The notes below the pieces were generated by a model. That model was given only the letters and a program-made list of their open reading frames with translations, was not told the DNA's origin and searched no databases. The position numbers were made by a program, and so were the translations under genes. A DNA stretch of 64,000 bases from Alphaproteobacteria bacterium (GTDB lineage: Bacteria > Pseudomonadota > Alphaproteobacteria > UBA6615): NCBI GenBank assembly GCA_028279245.1, contig JANQOE010000004.1:31724-95723 (forward strand), given 5' to 3'. Position 1 is the stretch's first letter. Every line of letters begins with the position of its first letter. Positions 20,101 to 31,140 of the stretch are shown here, in pieces.

Positions 20101-20756
20101 CTAACCGGCAACTTGCCCTCGACCTGAGTTTTCGGCCGGCTCTAGGGCGCGAAGACTTTTTGGTTGCGCCGTGCAATCAGGCCGCCGTGGCCTGGGTCGA
20201 TAGCTGGCCAGTGTGGCCCGGAACCGGATTGTGTGTCTGGGGGAGCGCCAGCAGCGGCAAGTCGCATCTGGGCGAGGCGTGGCGCGCTGTGTCCGGCGCG
20301 GCGCGTCTGTCGACCGAGCAACTGTGCGGTGGTGTGGCGGACCGCACCAACTACACGCTCGTTGATCTGGGTGAAGATCAGCTTCCCCGCGCGGCGGAGG
20401 AGCCGCTGTTGCACCTTTACAATTGGATGCGCGATCAGGGCCGGCATCTGATGCTGCTGGCGCGCACGCCGCCGGCGCGGTGGCAGGTCGAGCTGCCGGA
20501 TCTTCGTTCGCGTCTTAATGCGGTCGATGCCGTGCAGATCGAGGAGCCGGACGACGCGTTGCTTGCGGGCTTGCTGGTCAAGCTGTTTGGCGATCGGCAT
20601 CTGGAGGTTGAGCCGGACCTGATCGTCTACGCCCTCAGCCGAATGGAACGATCGTTTGCGGGGGCGCGCCAGCTCGTTGAGACCGTCGACCGCGACACCC
20701 TGGCATCACGCCGCGCGGTGACGGTTCGTCTGCTGCGGAGTGTGCTGGCCGCCTAG
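20097..20756 (+). CDS. hda: DnaA regulatory inactivator Hda (DnaA paralog)
   Basis: N-terminal QLALDL clamp-binding motif, Walker [11 protein letters not shown], ~220 aa; ATGA overlap with the preceding gene. Confidence 0.8.
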   Translation: MTNRQLALDLSFRPALGREDFLVAPCNQAAVAWVDSWPVWPGTGLCVWGSASSGKSHLGEAWRAVSGAARLSTEQLCGGVADRTNYTLVDLGEDQLPRAAEEPLLHLYNWMRDQGRHLMLLARTPPARWQVELPDLRSRLNAVDAVQIEEPDDALLAGLLVKLFGDRHLEVEPDLIVYALSRMERSFAGARQLVETVDRDTLASRRAVTVRLLRSVLAA

Positions 20757-20866
20757 GGCCTGACCTTCCGACCTTTAAAGTCGGGGTTGGAAGTCGCAAA
20801 TGTAGACGAGCGCCGTATCGTCCGCGATTGCGGTGCAGGTCGCCCGCTGTTGCAAGGATAACCCGC

Positions 20867-23056
20867 ATGTCTCCGCCAGACGGAAGAGATCAGAATCCCG
20901 CGTTGAAGGAAAAGGACGAGGATTTCGGTCAGGATACGCCGAACCGATTCATCAACCGGGAGCTGTCGTGGCTGGCGTTCAATGAGCGGGTGCTGGAAGA
21001 GGCGCTGAACCAACGGCATCCGCTGCTGGAGCGGGTGCGGTTCTTGTCGATTTCATCCTCGAACCTGGATGAATTCTACATGGTCCGGGTCGCCGGCCTG
21101 ATGGCGCAGGACGATGCAGGCGTCAAAACACCGAGCCAGGACGGCCTGTCGCCGAAGGAGCAGTTGCTGGCGATCAACGAGCGGGCGCGCCGCTTGTTGA
21201 CGGATCAGCACGAGATTTGGGCGGGGCTCAAGCAAGAGTTCCGGGCGGCCGGTATCGCTGTCTTGGGCGCCGATGAGCTAACGGAAACTGAGCGTGTTTG
21301 GCTCAGCGAGCATTTCCGCGCCACGATCTTTCCAGTGTTGACGCCGCTGGCGGTCGACCCTGCGCATCCGTTTCCGTTCATTCCTAATCTTGGGCAAGCC
21401 GTCGCGATGCAGCTGGTGCGGCCGAGCGACAGTCGCGAGATGATCGGCCTCTTGCCGATGCCCGGTCAGATTGACCGTTTCGTCCGCCTGCCTGGGGACG
21501 AGATACGTTTCATCAGGCTGGACCAGGTGGTGTCCCTGCATCTGGAAGAGCTGTTCCCCGGGTTCGAGTTGCGGGGTGCGGGTGCGTTTCGGGTGATCCG
21601 CGACAGTGAGGTCGAGATCGCAGAAGAGGCGGAGGATCTCGTGCGGGTGTTCGAGACCGCGCTGAAGCGGCGGCGGCGGGGCGACGTGATCCGGCTGACG
21701 GTCACCGCTGATATGCCGGCGGAGTTGCGGGAGTTCGTGACCAACGAGATCGGGGTCGAAGATGAGAACGTCTTCATCCTGCCCGGTCAGCTAGGTCTTG
21801 CTGATGTCGAAGAAGTCGTCAGGAACGGCCCGCGGGAACTGTTGTTCGAACCGTTTGACGCACGATTCCCGGAACGCATACGCGATTTCGGCGGCAACTG
21901 CTTTGCGGCCATCAAGGCGAAGGACATCGTCGTCCACCATCCGTTTGAATCGTTTGACGTCGTTGTCCAGTTCATCCGTCAGGCAGCGGCCGACCCAAAT
22001 GTCGTCGCGATTAAGCAGACGCTGTACCGGACGTCGGACGACTCGCCGATTATGAATGCGCTGATCGAAGCCGCCGAGTCTGGGAAATCGGTGACGGCGA
22101 TGGTCGAGCTCAAAGCGCGGTTCGATGAAGAAGCGAACATCCATTGGGCCCGCAAACTGGAGCGGGCGGGGGTGCAGGTCGTCTTCGGCTTTATCGACCT
22201 GAAAACGCACGCGAAGATCAGCCTGGTGGTGCGGAGGGAAGGGCGCGGCCTGACCTCCTACGCACACTTCGGGACCGGGAATTACCATCCAATCACCGCG
22301 AAGGTTTATACGGACCTCAGCTTCTTCACCTGTGATCTGGCGCTTTGCCAGGACGCGGCGCGGACCTTCAACTTCATGACCGGTTACGCCCGGCCCGAGG
22401 TGATGAACAAGGTCGCGGTCGCACCGCTCAGCCTCCGGCAGACGTTGGTGGGGCTGATCGATGCGGAAATCGAACACAAGCGCCAAGGGCGTCCGGCCCA
22501 GATCTGGGCGAAGCTCAACAACCTGGTGGATGGCGAGGTCATCGACGCCTTGTATCGGGCCTCCCAGTCGGGCGTTGAGATCGAACTCTGTGTTCGCGGC
22601 ATCTGCTGCCTAAGGCCGGGTGTCAGCGGGTTGAGCGAGCACATTCGTGTGCGGAGTCTGATCGGACGGTTCCTCGAGCACGCTCGCATCGTCGCCTTCG
22701 GGGCGGGGCACGGCTTGCCTTCGAAGGACGCGAAGCTGTTCATCTCTTCGGCTGACTGGATGCCACGCAATTTGGACCGCCGGGTTGAGCTCCTGGTACC
22801 GATCGAGAATGAAACGGTCCACGCGCAGTTGCTCGATCAAATCATGGTCGCCAACTTGAAAGACGCGGCGCAGACATGGACGTTGGCGCCGGATGGAGAG
22901 TACATCCGGGTCGCGACGGCAGACGATTCAAAGCCCTTCAGTGCGCAAGCGTATTTTATGACAAACCCCAGCCTGTCCGGCCGTGGACGCGCGTTGCAGC
23001 GCGATGACGAACGCGCGCCGCGATTGGTGTGGACGACCGGGGGGGACGGTCGCTAG
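20867..23056 (+). CDS. ppk: Polyphosphate kinase 1
   Basis: [21 protein letters not shown]; two PLD-like HKD regions; ~730 aa. Confidence 0.9.
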   Translation: MSPPDGRDQNPALKEKDEDFGQDTPNRFINRELSWLAFNERVLEEALNQRHPLLERVRFLSISSSNLDEFYMVRVAGLMAQDDAGVKTPSQDGLSPKEQLLAINERARRLLTDQHEIWAGLKQEFRAAGIAVLGADELTETERVWLSEHFRATIFPVLTPLAVDPAHPFPFIPNLGQAVAMQLVRPSDSREMIGLLPMPGQIDRFVRLPGDEIRFIRLDQVVSLHLEELFPGFELRGAGAFRVIRDSEVEIAEEAEDLVRVFETALKRRRRGDVIRLTVTADMPAELREFVTNEIGVEDENVFILPGQLGLADVEEVVRNGPRELLFEPFDARFPERIRDFGGNCFAAIKAKDIVVHHPFESFDVVVQFIRQAAADPNVVAIKQTLYRTSDDSPIMNALIEAAESGKSVTAMVELKARFDEEANIHWARKLERAGVQVVFGFIDLKTHAKISLVVRREGRGLTSYAHFGTGNYHPITAKVYTDLSFFTCDLALCQDAARTFNFMTGYARPEVMNKVAVAPLSLRQTLVGLIDAEIEHKRQGRPAQIWAKLNNLVDGEVIDALYRASQSGVEIELCVRGICCLRPGVSGLSEHIRVRSLIGRFLEHARIVAFGAGHGLPSKDAKLFISSADWMPRNLDRRVELLVPIENETVHAQLLDQIMVANLKDAAQTWTLAPDGEYIRVATADDSKPFSAQAYFMTNPSLSGRGRALQRDDERAPRLVWTTGGDGR

Positions 23057-23060
23057 GGGC

Positions 23061-24296
23061 TCAGTCTCCGGCGCTTGCGCCGTCGCGCCGTCGCCGTTTC
23101 CGCGGCTTGGGTTTTGCCGGTATCGCCGGCAGGTCTGCTGCGCCGGCGCCGTTGACTGGAACCAGATGCACATCGCCGCCACGGACGCTAAGGGCCGCCT
23201 TGCCCTGCTTCAGGCGCAGGGCGTCTTCGCCGAAAAGCTGACGGCGCCAGCCCTGCAAGGCCGGCACATCCTTGGCGCCGGCGGCCACTCGCTCCAAATC
23301 TTGGGTGTTGGCCACTAGTTTCTGCGCCACGCCGTGTTCCTCGCAGCGCTGCTTCAGCAAGACGCGCAGCAAATCCACCGTCGGGGCCAATCCCTTGGGC
23401 AGGCTCATCTGCTTCAGCGGTTGTGGACCCTCCTCAGGCGGCCGCTCCGTCGCAGCATTGATGGCGGCGAGCAGGGACTTGCCCAAGCGGCCCTCTGCAA
23501 ATCCTCGGGTCACGCCCCGTATTCTGGATAGCGCGGCCGCCTTGGTTGGCGGATGGGCGGCGATTTCTGTCAGGGCCTCGTCGCGGATCACCCGGTTCCG
23601 GGGGACATCCCGCCGCATGGCTTCATCTTCGCGCCAGGCGGCGACGGCTTGCAGAATAGTTAGGTAGCGCCGATCGGTGCTGCGCGGCTTGAGCCGTTGC
23701 CAGGCCGCCGTCGGATCGATCCTGTAGGCGTTGACGTCGGTCAGTAGCGCCAATTCCTCTTCCAGCCATCCAGCCCGGTCGGTCGCGGCCACGCGCTCGT
23801 TGAGCGCTTCGTACGCATCTCGGAGGTAGATGACGTCGCCGAGGGCATAATTCAGCTGCTTTGGCGTGAGGGGCCGGGCGGACCAGTCGGTGAAGCGGGA
23901 GGTCTTGTCGAGCCGGTGAGGGGTCAGTCGCGACACTAGCGTCTCGTAGCCGACCTGATCGCCGAAGCCGCAAACCATCGCCGCGATTTGCGTGTCGTAA
24001 AGAGGCGCCGGGATGCTGCCTGCCAGGTGGTAGAATATCTCGATATCCTGCCGGGCGCCGTGCATGACTTTGAGGACCCGCTTGTTCGCCAGGAGCCGCA
24101 AGACCGGGTCGAGGTCAATGCCCTCGGCCAGGGGGTCGATGGCAACCGCGTCCTTCGGGCCGGCCAGCTGGATCAGGCACAATTTCGGCCAAAACGTGCG
24201 TTCACGCATGAACTCCGTGTCGACCGTGACATATTCGCTGCGGGCAAGGCGCCGGCACAGGGAAGCGACGTCGGCGCTTTCTGTTATTAGGGTCAT
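23061..24296 (-). CDS. rnd: Ribonuclease D
   Basis: DEDDy exonuclease core (VTVDTEFMRERTFWPKLCLIQL) plus HRDC region; start MTLITES; Lys/Arg-rich C-tail. Confidence 0.85.
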   Translation of the reverse strand: MTLITESADVASLCRRLARSEYVTVDTEFMRERTFWPKLCLIQLAGPKDAVAIDPLAEGIDLDPVLRLLANKRVLKVMHGARQDIEIFYHLAGSIPAPLYDTQIAAMVCGFGDQVGYETLVSRLTPHRLDKTSRFTDWSARPLTPKQLNYALGDVIYLRDAYEALNERVAATDRAGWLEEELALLTDVNAYRIDPTAAWQRLKPRSTDRRYLTILQAVAAWREDEAMRRDVPRNRVIRDEALTEIAAHPPTKAAALSRIRGVTRGFAEGRLGKSLLAAINAATERPPEEGPQPLKQMSLPKGLAPTVDLLRVLLKQRCEEHGVAQKLVANTQDLERVAAGAKDVPALQGWRRQLFGEDALRLKQGKAALSVRGGDVHLVPVNGAGAADLPAIPAKPKPRKRRRRDGASAGD

Positions 24297-24442
24297 TTGT
24301 TTTGGTTCTACACACAAAGCGGGGAGGGCGGAAGGCGGCGGGCCGCTCGCAATGGGCCTTTTTCGTCGGCTCGGTGGGCGTCTTGACAAGCTTGGGCAAC
24401 CATGCCCTTTGCCGCCGAGTTTTCGCGACTTGAGCTGTCCCC

Positions 24443-26245
24443 ATGCATCCCTTCCGTACGCACACCTGCAACGATCTCCGCACTGAACATGCCGGAGAGA
24501 CCGTCCGGCTATCCGGCTGGGTGCATCGGAAGCGCGACCATGGGCATCTGCTGTTTCTCGATCTACGCGACCATTTTGGCGTGACCCAGGTGGTCATCGA
24601 CACCTCGAGCCCGCTATTCGAGACCGCCGAGACGGCACGGCTTGAGTCGGTCCTGACAGTAAGCGGCAAGGTCGTTCTTCGTTCCGATGATACGATTAAC
24701 CCGCGTATTCCGACCGGTGAGGTTGAGGTTCAGATCGCGGAGATCGCGGTGGAATCGACCGCCGATCAGTTGCCGCTGCAGGTCAACTCCGACGAGGACT
24801 ATGGCGAGGAGATCCGGCTGCGGTACCGGTTTCTGGATCTGCGTCGGGACAAGATGCATCGGAACATCATGCTGCGGAGCCAGGTCATCACGTCCATTCG
24901 GCGGCGGATGACCGAGGCCGGTTTCACCGAGTTTCAGACGCCGATCCTCACGGCATCCAGCCCGGAAGGCGCCCGTGACTACCTGGTGCCCAGCCGCATC
25001 CATCCGGGCCGGTTCTATGCGCTGCCGCAGGCGCCGCAGCAGTTCAAGCAGTTGTTGATGGTGGCGGGCTTCGACCGGTATTTCCAGATCGCGCCCTGTT
25101 TTCGCGATGAAGACGCGCGGGCGGACCGCTCGCCCGGTGAGTTCTATCAGCTCGACTTCGAAATGAGCTTTGTCACGCAGGACGATGTTTTTGCGTCGAT
25201 TGAGCCGGTGTTGGCGGGCGTGTTCGAAGAATATGCAGGCTTCAACAAAGAGACCCCGTGGCGGGTTTCACCCGCTCCGTTTCGACGGATACCCTACGCC
25301 GAAGCGATGCTCAGGTATGGGAGCGACAAACCGGACCTCCGCAATCCGCTCGAGATCGCCGATGTGTCGGAGGTGTTTCGCGGGAGCGACTTCAAGATTT
25401 TTGCGAAGGGGGTCGAGGCGGGCAAGGTTGTGCGGGCTGTCCCCGCGCCCGGGGCGGCCGCTCAGCCGCGGAGCTGGTTCGACAAGCTCAATGACTGGGC
25501 ACGGCAGCAAGGCGCTCCCGGACTTGGCTATGTGGTGTTTGAAGACGGTGCGGCGAAAGGGCCCATCGCCAAGTTCCTGGACGCGGCAAGGCTTGACCGG
25601 CTCAAGCAGGAAACCGGTCTGGGGGATGGCGATGCCGTGTTCTTTGCGAGCGACAAGCCGAATGACGCGGCGCTGCTGGCCGGTGCCGCGCGGACTAGGA
25701 TCGGTGAAGACCTTGGTCTTGTCGATGAGGGACAGTTCCTGTTCTGCTGGATTGTCGACTATCCGATGTACGAGTTGGATGAGAAGACCGGCAAGATCGA
25801 GTTCAGCCACAATCCGTTCTCGATGCCCCAGGGCGGTTTGAAAGCGCTGCAGACTCAGGACCCGTTGAGCATCAAGGCATTCCAATACGATATCGTTTGC
25901 AACGGGGTGGAACTCAGTTCGGGTGCCATCCGGAACCATCGTCCGGACATCATGCTCAAAGCCTTTGAGATTGCGGGGTACTCGGCGGAGGAAGTGGAAA
26001 GCCAGTTCTCCGGCATGCTGCATGCTCTGCGATATGGGGCGCCGCCGCATGGCGGGGCGGCGCCGGGCATTGACCGGATCGTCATGTTGCTGGCGAATGA
26101 GCCCAATCTGCGGGAAGTGGTTGCGTTCCCCATGACGCAACGGGCGGAGGATCTGATGATGGGGGCACCGGCGGAGGTGTCGCCGGCGCATCTGCGCGAA
26201 CTCCAGCTTCGGCTGGTGGCGCCGCCGGGAACCTCCAAGGGCTAA
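24443..26245 (+). CDS. aspS: Aspartyl-tRNA synthetase (bacterial type)
   Basis: HTCNDLR ... OB-fold, class II motifs ([19 protein letters not shown]); 600 aa. Confidence 0.95.
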   Translation: MHPFRTHTCNDLRTEHAGETVRLSGWVHRKRDHGHLLFLDLRDHFGVTQVVIDTSSPLFETAETARLESVLTVSGKVVLRSDDTINPRIPTGEVEVQIAEIAVESTADQLPLQVNSDEDYGEEIRLRYRFLDLRRDKMHRNIMLRSQVITSIRRRMTEAGFTEFQTPILTASSPEGARDYLVPSRIHPGRFYALPQAPQQFKQLLMVAGFDRYFQIAPCFRDEDARADRSPGEFYQLDFEMSFVTQDDVFASIEPVLAGVFEEYAGFNKETPWRVSPAPFRRIPYAEAMLRYGSDKPDLRNPLEIADVSEVFRGSDFKIFAKGVEAGKVVRAVPAPGAAAQPRSWFDKLNDWARQQGAPGLGYVVFEDGAAKGPIAKFLDAARLDRLKQETGLGDGDAVFFASDKPNDAALLAGAARTRIGEDLGLVDEGQFLFCWIVDYPMYELDEKTGKIEFSHNPFSMPQGGLKALQTQDPLSIKAFQYDIVCNGVELSSGAIRNHRPDIMLKAFEIAGYSAEEVESQFSGMLHALRYGAPPHGGAAPGIDRIVMLLANEPNLREVVAFPMTQRAEDLMMGAPAEVSPAHLRELQLRLVAPPGTSKG

Positions 26246-26292
26246 GATACAGATTCAGGATTAGCCGCTTGGCTGTTGGCGCCGCTCGGTTT

Positions 26293-27192
26293 TCAGGCGA
26301 ATTGGGGCGCGATGCGGTAGTTCCGGGCAAGCCGCAGTTTGCCCAACAGCAGCAGGACGGTGCCGTTGTAGTCGATCAACCGGTTGAGGAAACCCTTACG
26401 CGGCAAATGCAGAATGCTGCACGGGTAGGCGTGGTGATGCCGATGGAAGGCTTCGCCCCCGGTGAGAAGCGCTAGGCCCCAGGTCACCCACTTCGGTACC
26501 TGCATGTGGCCGCAGACATTCACACCGATCGTCGTTGCATGAAAATGGACGCCTCTCGCCAGCACCACCGTCGCATGGATTAGGAGTGCCGGCACAATTC
26601 CACCGCCTAGGGCCAGCACAGCTCCGTAGCAACACAATGGTACTCCCAGGTGAACGAGGAGGGAGAGCAGGACATGGTGCTTGTCGGCAAAGGCGATGAC
26701 GCGGTTCTCGCGTAGCCAGCGGACCATGGGGCGCTGCATGTCCGCGGGGTCCCGCCACATAACCCAGCCGATCCAGGCCCAGAATCTGCCTTCCGCGGGA
26801 TTGTGCGGATCGCCGGGTCTGTCGGCAAAACGGTGGTGCTGGGCGTGATAGTTGACCCAGTCTTTGATCTTGCCCTGCATGGCCAGGATACAGTTCAAAC
26901 CGACGATGAGTTGGGCAATGGTCCGCAGTTCACCGGCCTTGTGCTGCCAAATGCGATGTAGAGGGCCGATGCCCTGATTGCACAGGAACAGTGTTGCCGC
27001 TCCGGCCGCCAATGCGATCGGCAGGTGCCACCATCGGATGGCGAGACTTGGCCAACCCAGTCCTATTCCCAAGGCAATAACCAGACCCAACAAACCCAGC
27101 GCGGGGTAGATCACTGCCGAGAAAACGCTGGGCCAGCTTAGACTAGCCCAGCTCTTCCTAATGAACGCTGCGCGGGGTGCGAGTTGAGCCAT
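26293..27192 (-). CDS. Acyl-CoA (delta-9) fatty-acid desaturase, membrane
   Basis: His boxes WVNYHAQHHRFADRPGDPHNPAEGRFWAWIGW and GEAFHRHHHAYP match the stearoyl-CoA desaturase family. Confidence 0.75.
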   Translation of the reverse strand: MAQLAPRAAFIRKSWASLSWPSVFSAVIYPALGLLGLVIALGIGLGWPSLAIRWWHLPIALAAGAATLFLCNQGIGPLHRIWQHKAGELRTIAQLIVGLNCILAMQGKIKDWVNYHAQHHRFADRPGDPHNPAEGRFWAWIGWVMWRDPADMQRPMVRWLRENRVIAFADKHHVLLSLLVHLGVPLCCYGAVLALGGGIVPALLIHATVVLARGVHFHATTIGVNVCGHMQVPKWVTWGLALLTGGEAFHRHHHAYPCSILHLPRKGFLNRLIDYNGTVLLLLGKLRLARNYRIAPQFA

Positions 27193-27266
27193 GGCCCAAA
27201 TCTAGGTTGAGGCCCGCCGCCTTGCTACTTATTTGTTTGTTTGCCGGGAGTTAGCACGACTTCCGG

Positions 27267-27623
27267 TCAGGCTCCGCTGACCTCTACCTTGTTGGGAAAG
27301 AAGGCGAGATGGTTCTTGATCGCCGCGACTGCTGGATTCGGTGACTCGTATGTCCAAACAACATCTTTATCTGTTTGCCCGTTCACGACCAGACTGAAGT
27401 AACTGGCTTCGCCCTTGAATGGACAAACCGACGTTGTTGCCGATCTTTCAAGTAACTGCATGTCCGCGTCTTCTCGCGGCAGATAGAGCATAACCGGGTA
27501 GTCCGCCTCTTGTAGCGCCAACGCACGCGTGGTGCTCACGACAACTTGACCGTTCGCTCGAACCTCAACGCGGCTCGGATGTTCGGTAATGCTGATGGGG
27601 TGGTCTGGACCGGGTGTTCTCAT
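27267..27623 (-). CDS. DUF427 family protein
   Basis: CPFKGEASYFS motif typical of DUF427; 118 aa; GC visibly lower than surrounding genes. Confidence 0.5.
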   Translation of the reverse strand: MRTPGPDHPISITEHPSRVEVRANGQVVVSTTRALALQEADYPVMLYLPREDADMQLLERSATTSVCPFKGEASYFSLVVNGQTDKDVVWTYESPNPAVAAIKNHLAFFPNKVEVSGA

Positions 27624-27999
27624 GCACTCACTCCATGTTTGGTAGTGGCGGGAACATGCAGCAGGTTGTGCAGCGTGTCCACTACAACTTTAGGGGTTTG
27701 TCTTGCAATCCGAGTCAAGCCGCACGGCTTGGTGCTTCAGCGACTTGTTGTTTCGCTGCAATGCCAGCACCTCGCTGGAAGCTAGTGCAGGTTGGTGACT
27801 AAATGATGATGGGAGTCATCTTGCAGACACATATCTGCAATAAGAAGTACGCATGCCGCGTGGGTGATGTTCGGACCCGTCGCCGGAACAGATGCCGCGG
27901 TTAAGCTGACTGGGTCTGGTTAACTGCCAAACGTACGAACGATTCCGTACTTAGTATCGCGCCTTAACAGCTTTCTCACCATTCGTGCAGAAGCGTGGT

Positions 28000-29004
28000 T
28001 TAGGTAATTCGGTTCGGCGGCTCCTGTCCGGCAAAGTAAGCATCGATGTTATCGCAACATCTGAATCCCATGGCGTTTCGTGTTTCCAAGGTGGCGCTGC
28101 CCATGTGCGGCATCAGGAAAACGTTCTTCATCGCGATCAGTTCGGCCGGTACTTGAGGTTCTCGTTCAAAAACATCGAGGCCGGCCCCGCCAAGTTTGCC
28201 TGACTGCAGGGCCGCGATCAGCGCTGCTTCGTCAATGACCGGGCCGCGCGCGGTGTTCACGACAATCGCCCCGTCAGGTAGCCGGGCAATCCGTTCGGCG
28301 TTCAGCCAATGCTTCGTTTCGGCTGAAAGCGGGCAGTGCATGCTTAGAAAGTCGCAAACCGGCAACATCTCGTTCGCGTTGGCGTGATAGATGGCGCCCT
28401 GCTCGAGGTCGGCCGGGAGGCGTGTCCGGTTGTGGTAGTGGATCTCCATATCGAACCCGCGGGCACGTTTTGCCGTCGCTTGACCGATACGGCCCATGCC
28501 GACGATGCCGAGGCGCCGACCGGTCACCTTGGTGCCGAGCATCCAGGTCGGCGCCATGCCGGTCCAGCCGCCAGCGCGGAGGACGGCTTCGCACTCGTGG
28601 CCTCGGCGGGCGGTGGCGAGCAGCAGCATCATGGCAATATCGGCGGTGCAATCGTTCAACACCTCTGGCGTATTGCTGAAGATGACGCCGCGCTGCTTGG
28701 CGGCTTCCCGATCGATATGTTCGAAACCGACTGAGAAGGTGGCGACGATCTTCACGCTCTCCGGCAAACGCTGGATGACTTCGGCGGACATGCTTTCCGA
28801 GGGAAGAATGAGCAGCGCGTCGGCGCCTTCGGCCTTGGCCAATAAGGTCTCAGTGTCGTAAAGCTGATCGGTCGGGTTTAGCTCCACGTCATAGTCACGC
28901 TGCAAGCGTGCTTCGACCTCAGGTGGAAGTAGCCGAGTTACAAGGACTTTGGGTTTGTTAGGCACTGCTTCTTTCCTTCTCTTTAGCCTCGGCTGGCGCG
29001 GCAT
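28000..29004 (-). CDS. D-isomer-specific 2-hydroxyacid dehydrogenase (glyoxylate/hydroxypyruvate reductase-like)
   Basis: NAD motif LGIVGMGRIGQA, catalytic R...E...H triad region (VNTARGPVIDE ... MPHMGSAT). Confidence 0.85.
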   Translation of the reverse strand: MPRQPRLKRRKEAVPNKPKVLVTRLLPPEVEARLQRDYDVELNPTDQLYDTETLLAKAEGADALLILPSESMSAEVIQRLPESVKIVATFSVGFEHIDREAAKQRGVIFSNTPEVLNDCTADIAMMLLLATARRGHECEAVLRAGGWTGMAPTWMLGTKVTGRRLGIVGMGRIGQATAKRARGFDMEIHYHNRTRLPADLEQGAIYHANANEMLPVCDFLSMHCPLSAETKHWLNAERIARLPDGAIVVNTARGPVIDEAALIAALQSGKLGGAGLDVFEREPQVPAELIAMKNVFLMPHMGSATLETRNAMGFRCCDNIDAYFAGQEPPNRIT

Positions 29005-29051
29005 AATGCCGGTGGACGTCTATGGCGGCAACCCGCGGGCAGGTGACCTTG

Positions 29052-29870
29052 ATGGATAGTATTGTTCGGGCGGCGCTGGTTTCGGCTCTGTTGGTGCCGG
29101 TCCCGATGGCGGCGGCTCAGGCGATCGACCTTGCCCCGCACAGGGCCTTTTACGAGTTGGGGTTGAGCCGGGCGGACATTGACTCTGGAGTTGCCGAGGC
29201 AACGGGCCGGCTGGTGGTTGACTGGAGTCAGTCATGCGATGGCTGGACAGTCGATCAACGGCTGGCGTTGATCGTCGTTCAACCGTCAGGCCAGTCCATC
29301 ACGACTGAGATCGTTTTCTCGAGTTTTGAATCGCTTGACGGACTGACTTACAGCTTCACCACAAAAACGACCCGGGATGGAACCGTGGTCGATGAGTTTC
29401 GCGGCGAGGCGGGTCGGGCCGATGTGGGCGAGGCGGTACGGGCGATCTATTCGGTTCCAACCGACACGCGACGTGAGTTGCCGGCGGACACGGTCTTTCC
29501 GATGGAGCATTTGCGCCTGCTGCTGGATGCCGCCATGAATGGGGAGAACCGCCTGTTCCGGCCGTTCTTCGATGGGCCGCGGCCGGACGAAAGCCCGTTT
29601 GATGCGAATGCACTCATTATAGGTGGCCCGAACGGCGCCGATAGCGGTGCGGCTGTCGGACTCCATGCGCTCACCGACCGCCCATGGTGGCCCGTGCAAA
29701 TTGCGTTCTTTCCGCACACCGGGCAGGCGGCGGAGCCGGACTTCGAACTCGCAGCCGACCTTCAGGACAATGGGGTGGTGCGGCGATATCTGTTCGACTA
29801 TGGCGCCTTTCAGGTCGGCGGTGATCTGTCGCGGATTGAGGCCGGCACGGTGCCGACCTGTAACGACTAG
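29052..29870 (+). CDS. EipB-like periplasmic cell-envelope-integrity protein (DUF1849)
   Basis: Signal peptide; LAPHRAFYEL start of the DUF1849 fold; Cys near the N-terminus (SQSCDGW) and Cys 4 residues from the C-terminus, as in the EipB disulfide pair. Confidence 0.5.
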   Translation: MDSIVRAALVSALLVPVPMAAAQAIDLAPHRAFYELGLSRADIDSGVAEATGRLVVDWSQSCDGWTVDQRLALIVVQPSGQSITTEIVFSSFESLDGLTYSFTTKTTRDGTVVDEFRGEAGRADVGEAVRAIYSVPTDTRRELPADTVFPMEHLRLLLDAAMNGENRLFRPFFDGPRPDESPFDANALIIGGPNGADSGAAVGLHALTDRPWWPVQIAFFPHTGQAAEPDFELAADLQDNGVVRRYLFDYGAFQVGGDLSRIEAGTVPTCND

Positions 29871-31129
29871 GGTGTGCGCGGCCAACTCCGGCCCTTGCCG
29901 ATTGCGCCGGGGCCCAGCTTTTCGCGAACTTGGTCGATGGCTATCTCGACTTTCCGCCGCTGCTCAAGGTCTGGATCAGCCAGGTTCATCGGGTCGGCAC
30001 CGGTTGGCGGTGTGAGACCGGATACGCCCGCGCCGATGAGCCGGAACTGCGGGCCGGCGGCGACTTTGCGGAGCATCGGCAGCAGCGCCTGGTAGATGGT
30101 TTCGGCTAGCTGGGTCGGGGCCGGGAGCGTCTGGCTCCTGGTCAGGATCTTGAAGTCTGACGTCTTCAGCTTGAGCGCAACGGTGCTGCCCGCCAGTTGT
30201 TGGTGTTTCAGGCGGTCGGCAACCTTCTCACACAGCGGCCAGAGGCGGCGGGCCAACTCATCCGGGTCGCTGACATCATCGTCAAAGGTCGTTTCGTTGG
30301 AGATTGATTTAGCGCGTGAACTCGGTTTGACGGTGCGCACGTCATGGCCGCGTGCCAGGTGGAACAGCCGCTGGCCGATGCTGCCGTACCGCTTCATCAG
30401 CTCGGTCTCTTCGTGGCTGAGCAGATCGCCAATCAGGCCGATGCCGTCGGCTTGAAGCCGTGCGTGTAGTGCCTTGCCGACACCCCAGATGCGTCTGACC
30501 GGTTGGCTTGCAAGCAGCTCTTGGGTTTCGGCGCGGCCGATGACCTTGAAGCCCCGGGGCTTCTCCATGTCCGAGGCGAACTTCGCCAAGAACTTGTTGT
30601 GGCTTAGGCCAACCGATGCGGTCACGCCGATCTCGTTCTCGATCCGGCGGATGAGGTGGATGAGCGTCTTCGCTGGGCTGCCATGGTGGATACGCTCGGT
30701 GCCTGATAGGTCGAGGAACGCTTCGTCGATAGAAAGCGGTTCGACCAGGGGGCTTGCCGACAATAAGATGTCGCGGACCTCTCGGCCGACCGAGACGTAT
30801 TTCTGCATGTTCGGGGGAATGACGACCGCATCAGGGCAGGCCCGCCGTGCCTTAAACATGGGCATGGCCGAATGAACGCCCTTGATCCGAGCGAGGTAGC
30901 AGGCGGCGGACACGACGCCACGTTGGCCACCGCCGACGATGACCGGCCGGTCCCGTAGGCTCGGATCTTCGCGTTTCTCAACCGCGGCGTAAAAGGCGTC
31001 GCAGTCGATGTGGGCAATTGCCAGATCGTGTAGCTCCGGATGACGGAGCATTCGCGGGGATCCACACTGCGCACAGCGCCGGCTCGGCTTGGTGGCCTCG
31101 GCAGCGCAATCGCGGCAGATCGCCGGCAC
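29867..31129 (-). CDS. dinB: DNA polymerase IV (Y-family) with N-terminal C4 zinc-ribbon extension
   Basis: IAHIDCDAFYAAVEKRE ... VIVGGG-x-GVVSAACYLAR (Y-family palm); the CRDC-x13-CAQC immediately precedes the core; GTG at 31129 would include it, ATG at 31051 would not. Confidence 0.85.
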   Translation of the reverse strand: MPAICRDCAAEATKPSRRCAQCGSPRMLRHPELHDLAIAHIDCDAFYAAVEKREDPSLRDRPVIVGGGQRGVVSAACYLARIKGVHSAMPMFKARRACPDAVVIPPNMQKYVSVGREVRDILLSASPLVEPLSIDEAFLDLSGTERIHHGSPAKTLIHLIRRIENEIGVTASVGLSHNKFLAKFASDMEKPRGFKVIGRAETQELLASQPVRRIWGVGKALHARLQADGIGLIGDLLSHEETELMKRYGSIGQRLFHLARGHDVRTVKPSSRAKSISNETTFDDDVSDPDELARRLWPLCEKVADRLKHQQLAGSTVALKLKTSDFKILTRSQTLPAPTQLAETIYQALLPMLRKVAAGPQFRLIGAGVSGLTPPTGADPMNLADPDLEQRRKVEIAIDQVREKLGPGAIGKGRSWPRTP

Positions 31130-31140
31130 TGACGGTCTTG

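Noticed and set aside
21791-22486. 231-aa minus-strand ORF inside ppk
   Set aside because: Antisense shadow ORF.
25268-26191. 307-aa minus-strand ORF inside aspS
   Set aside because: Antisense shadow ORF.
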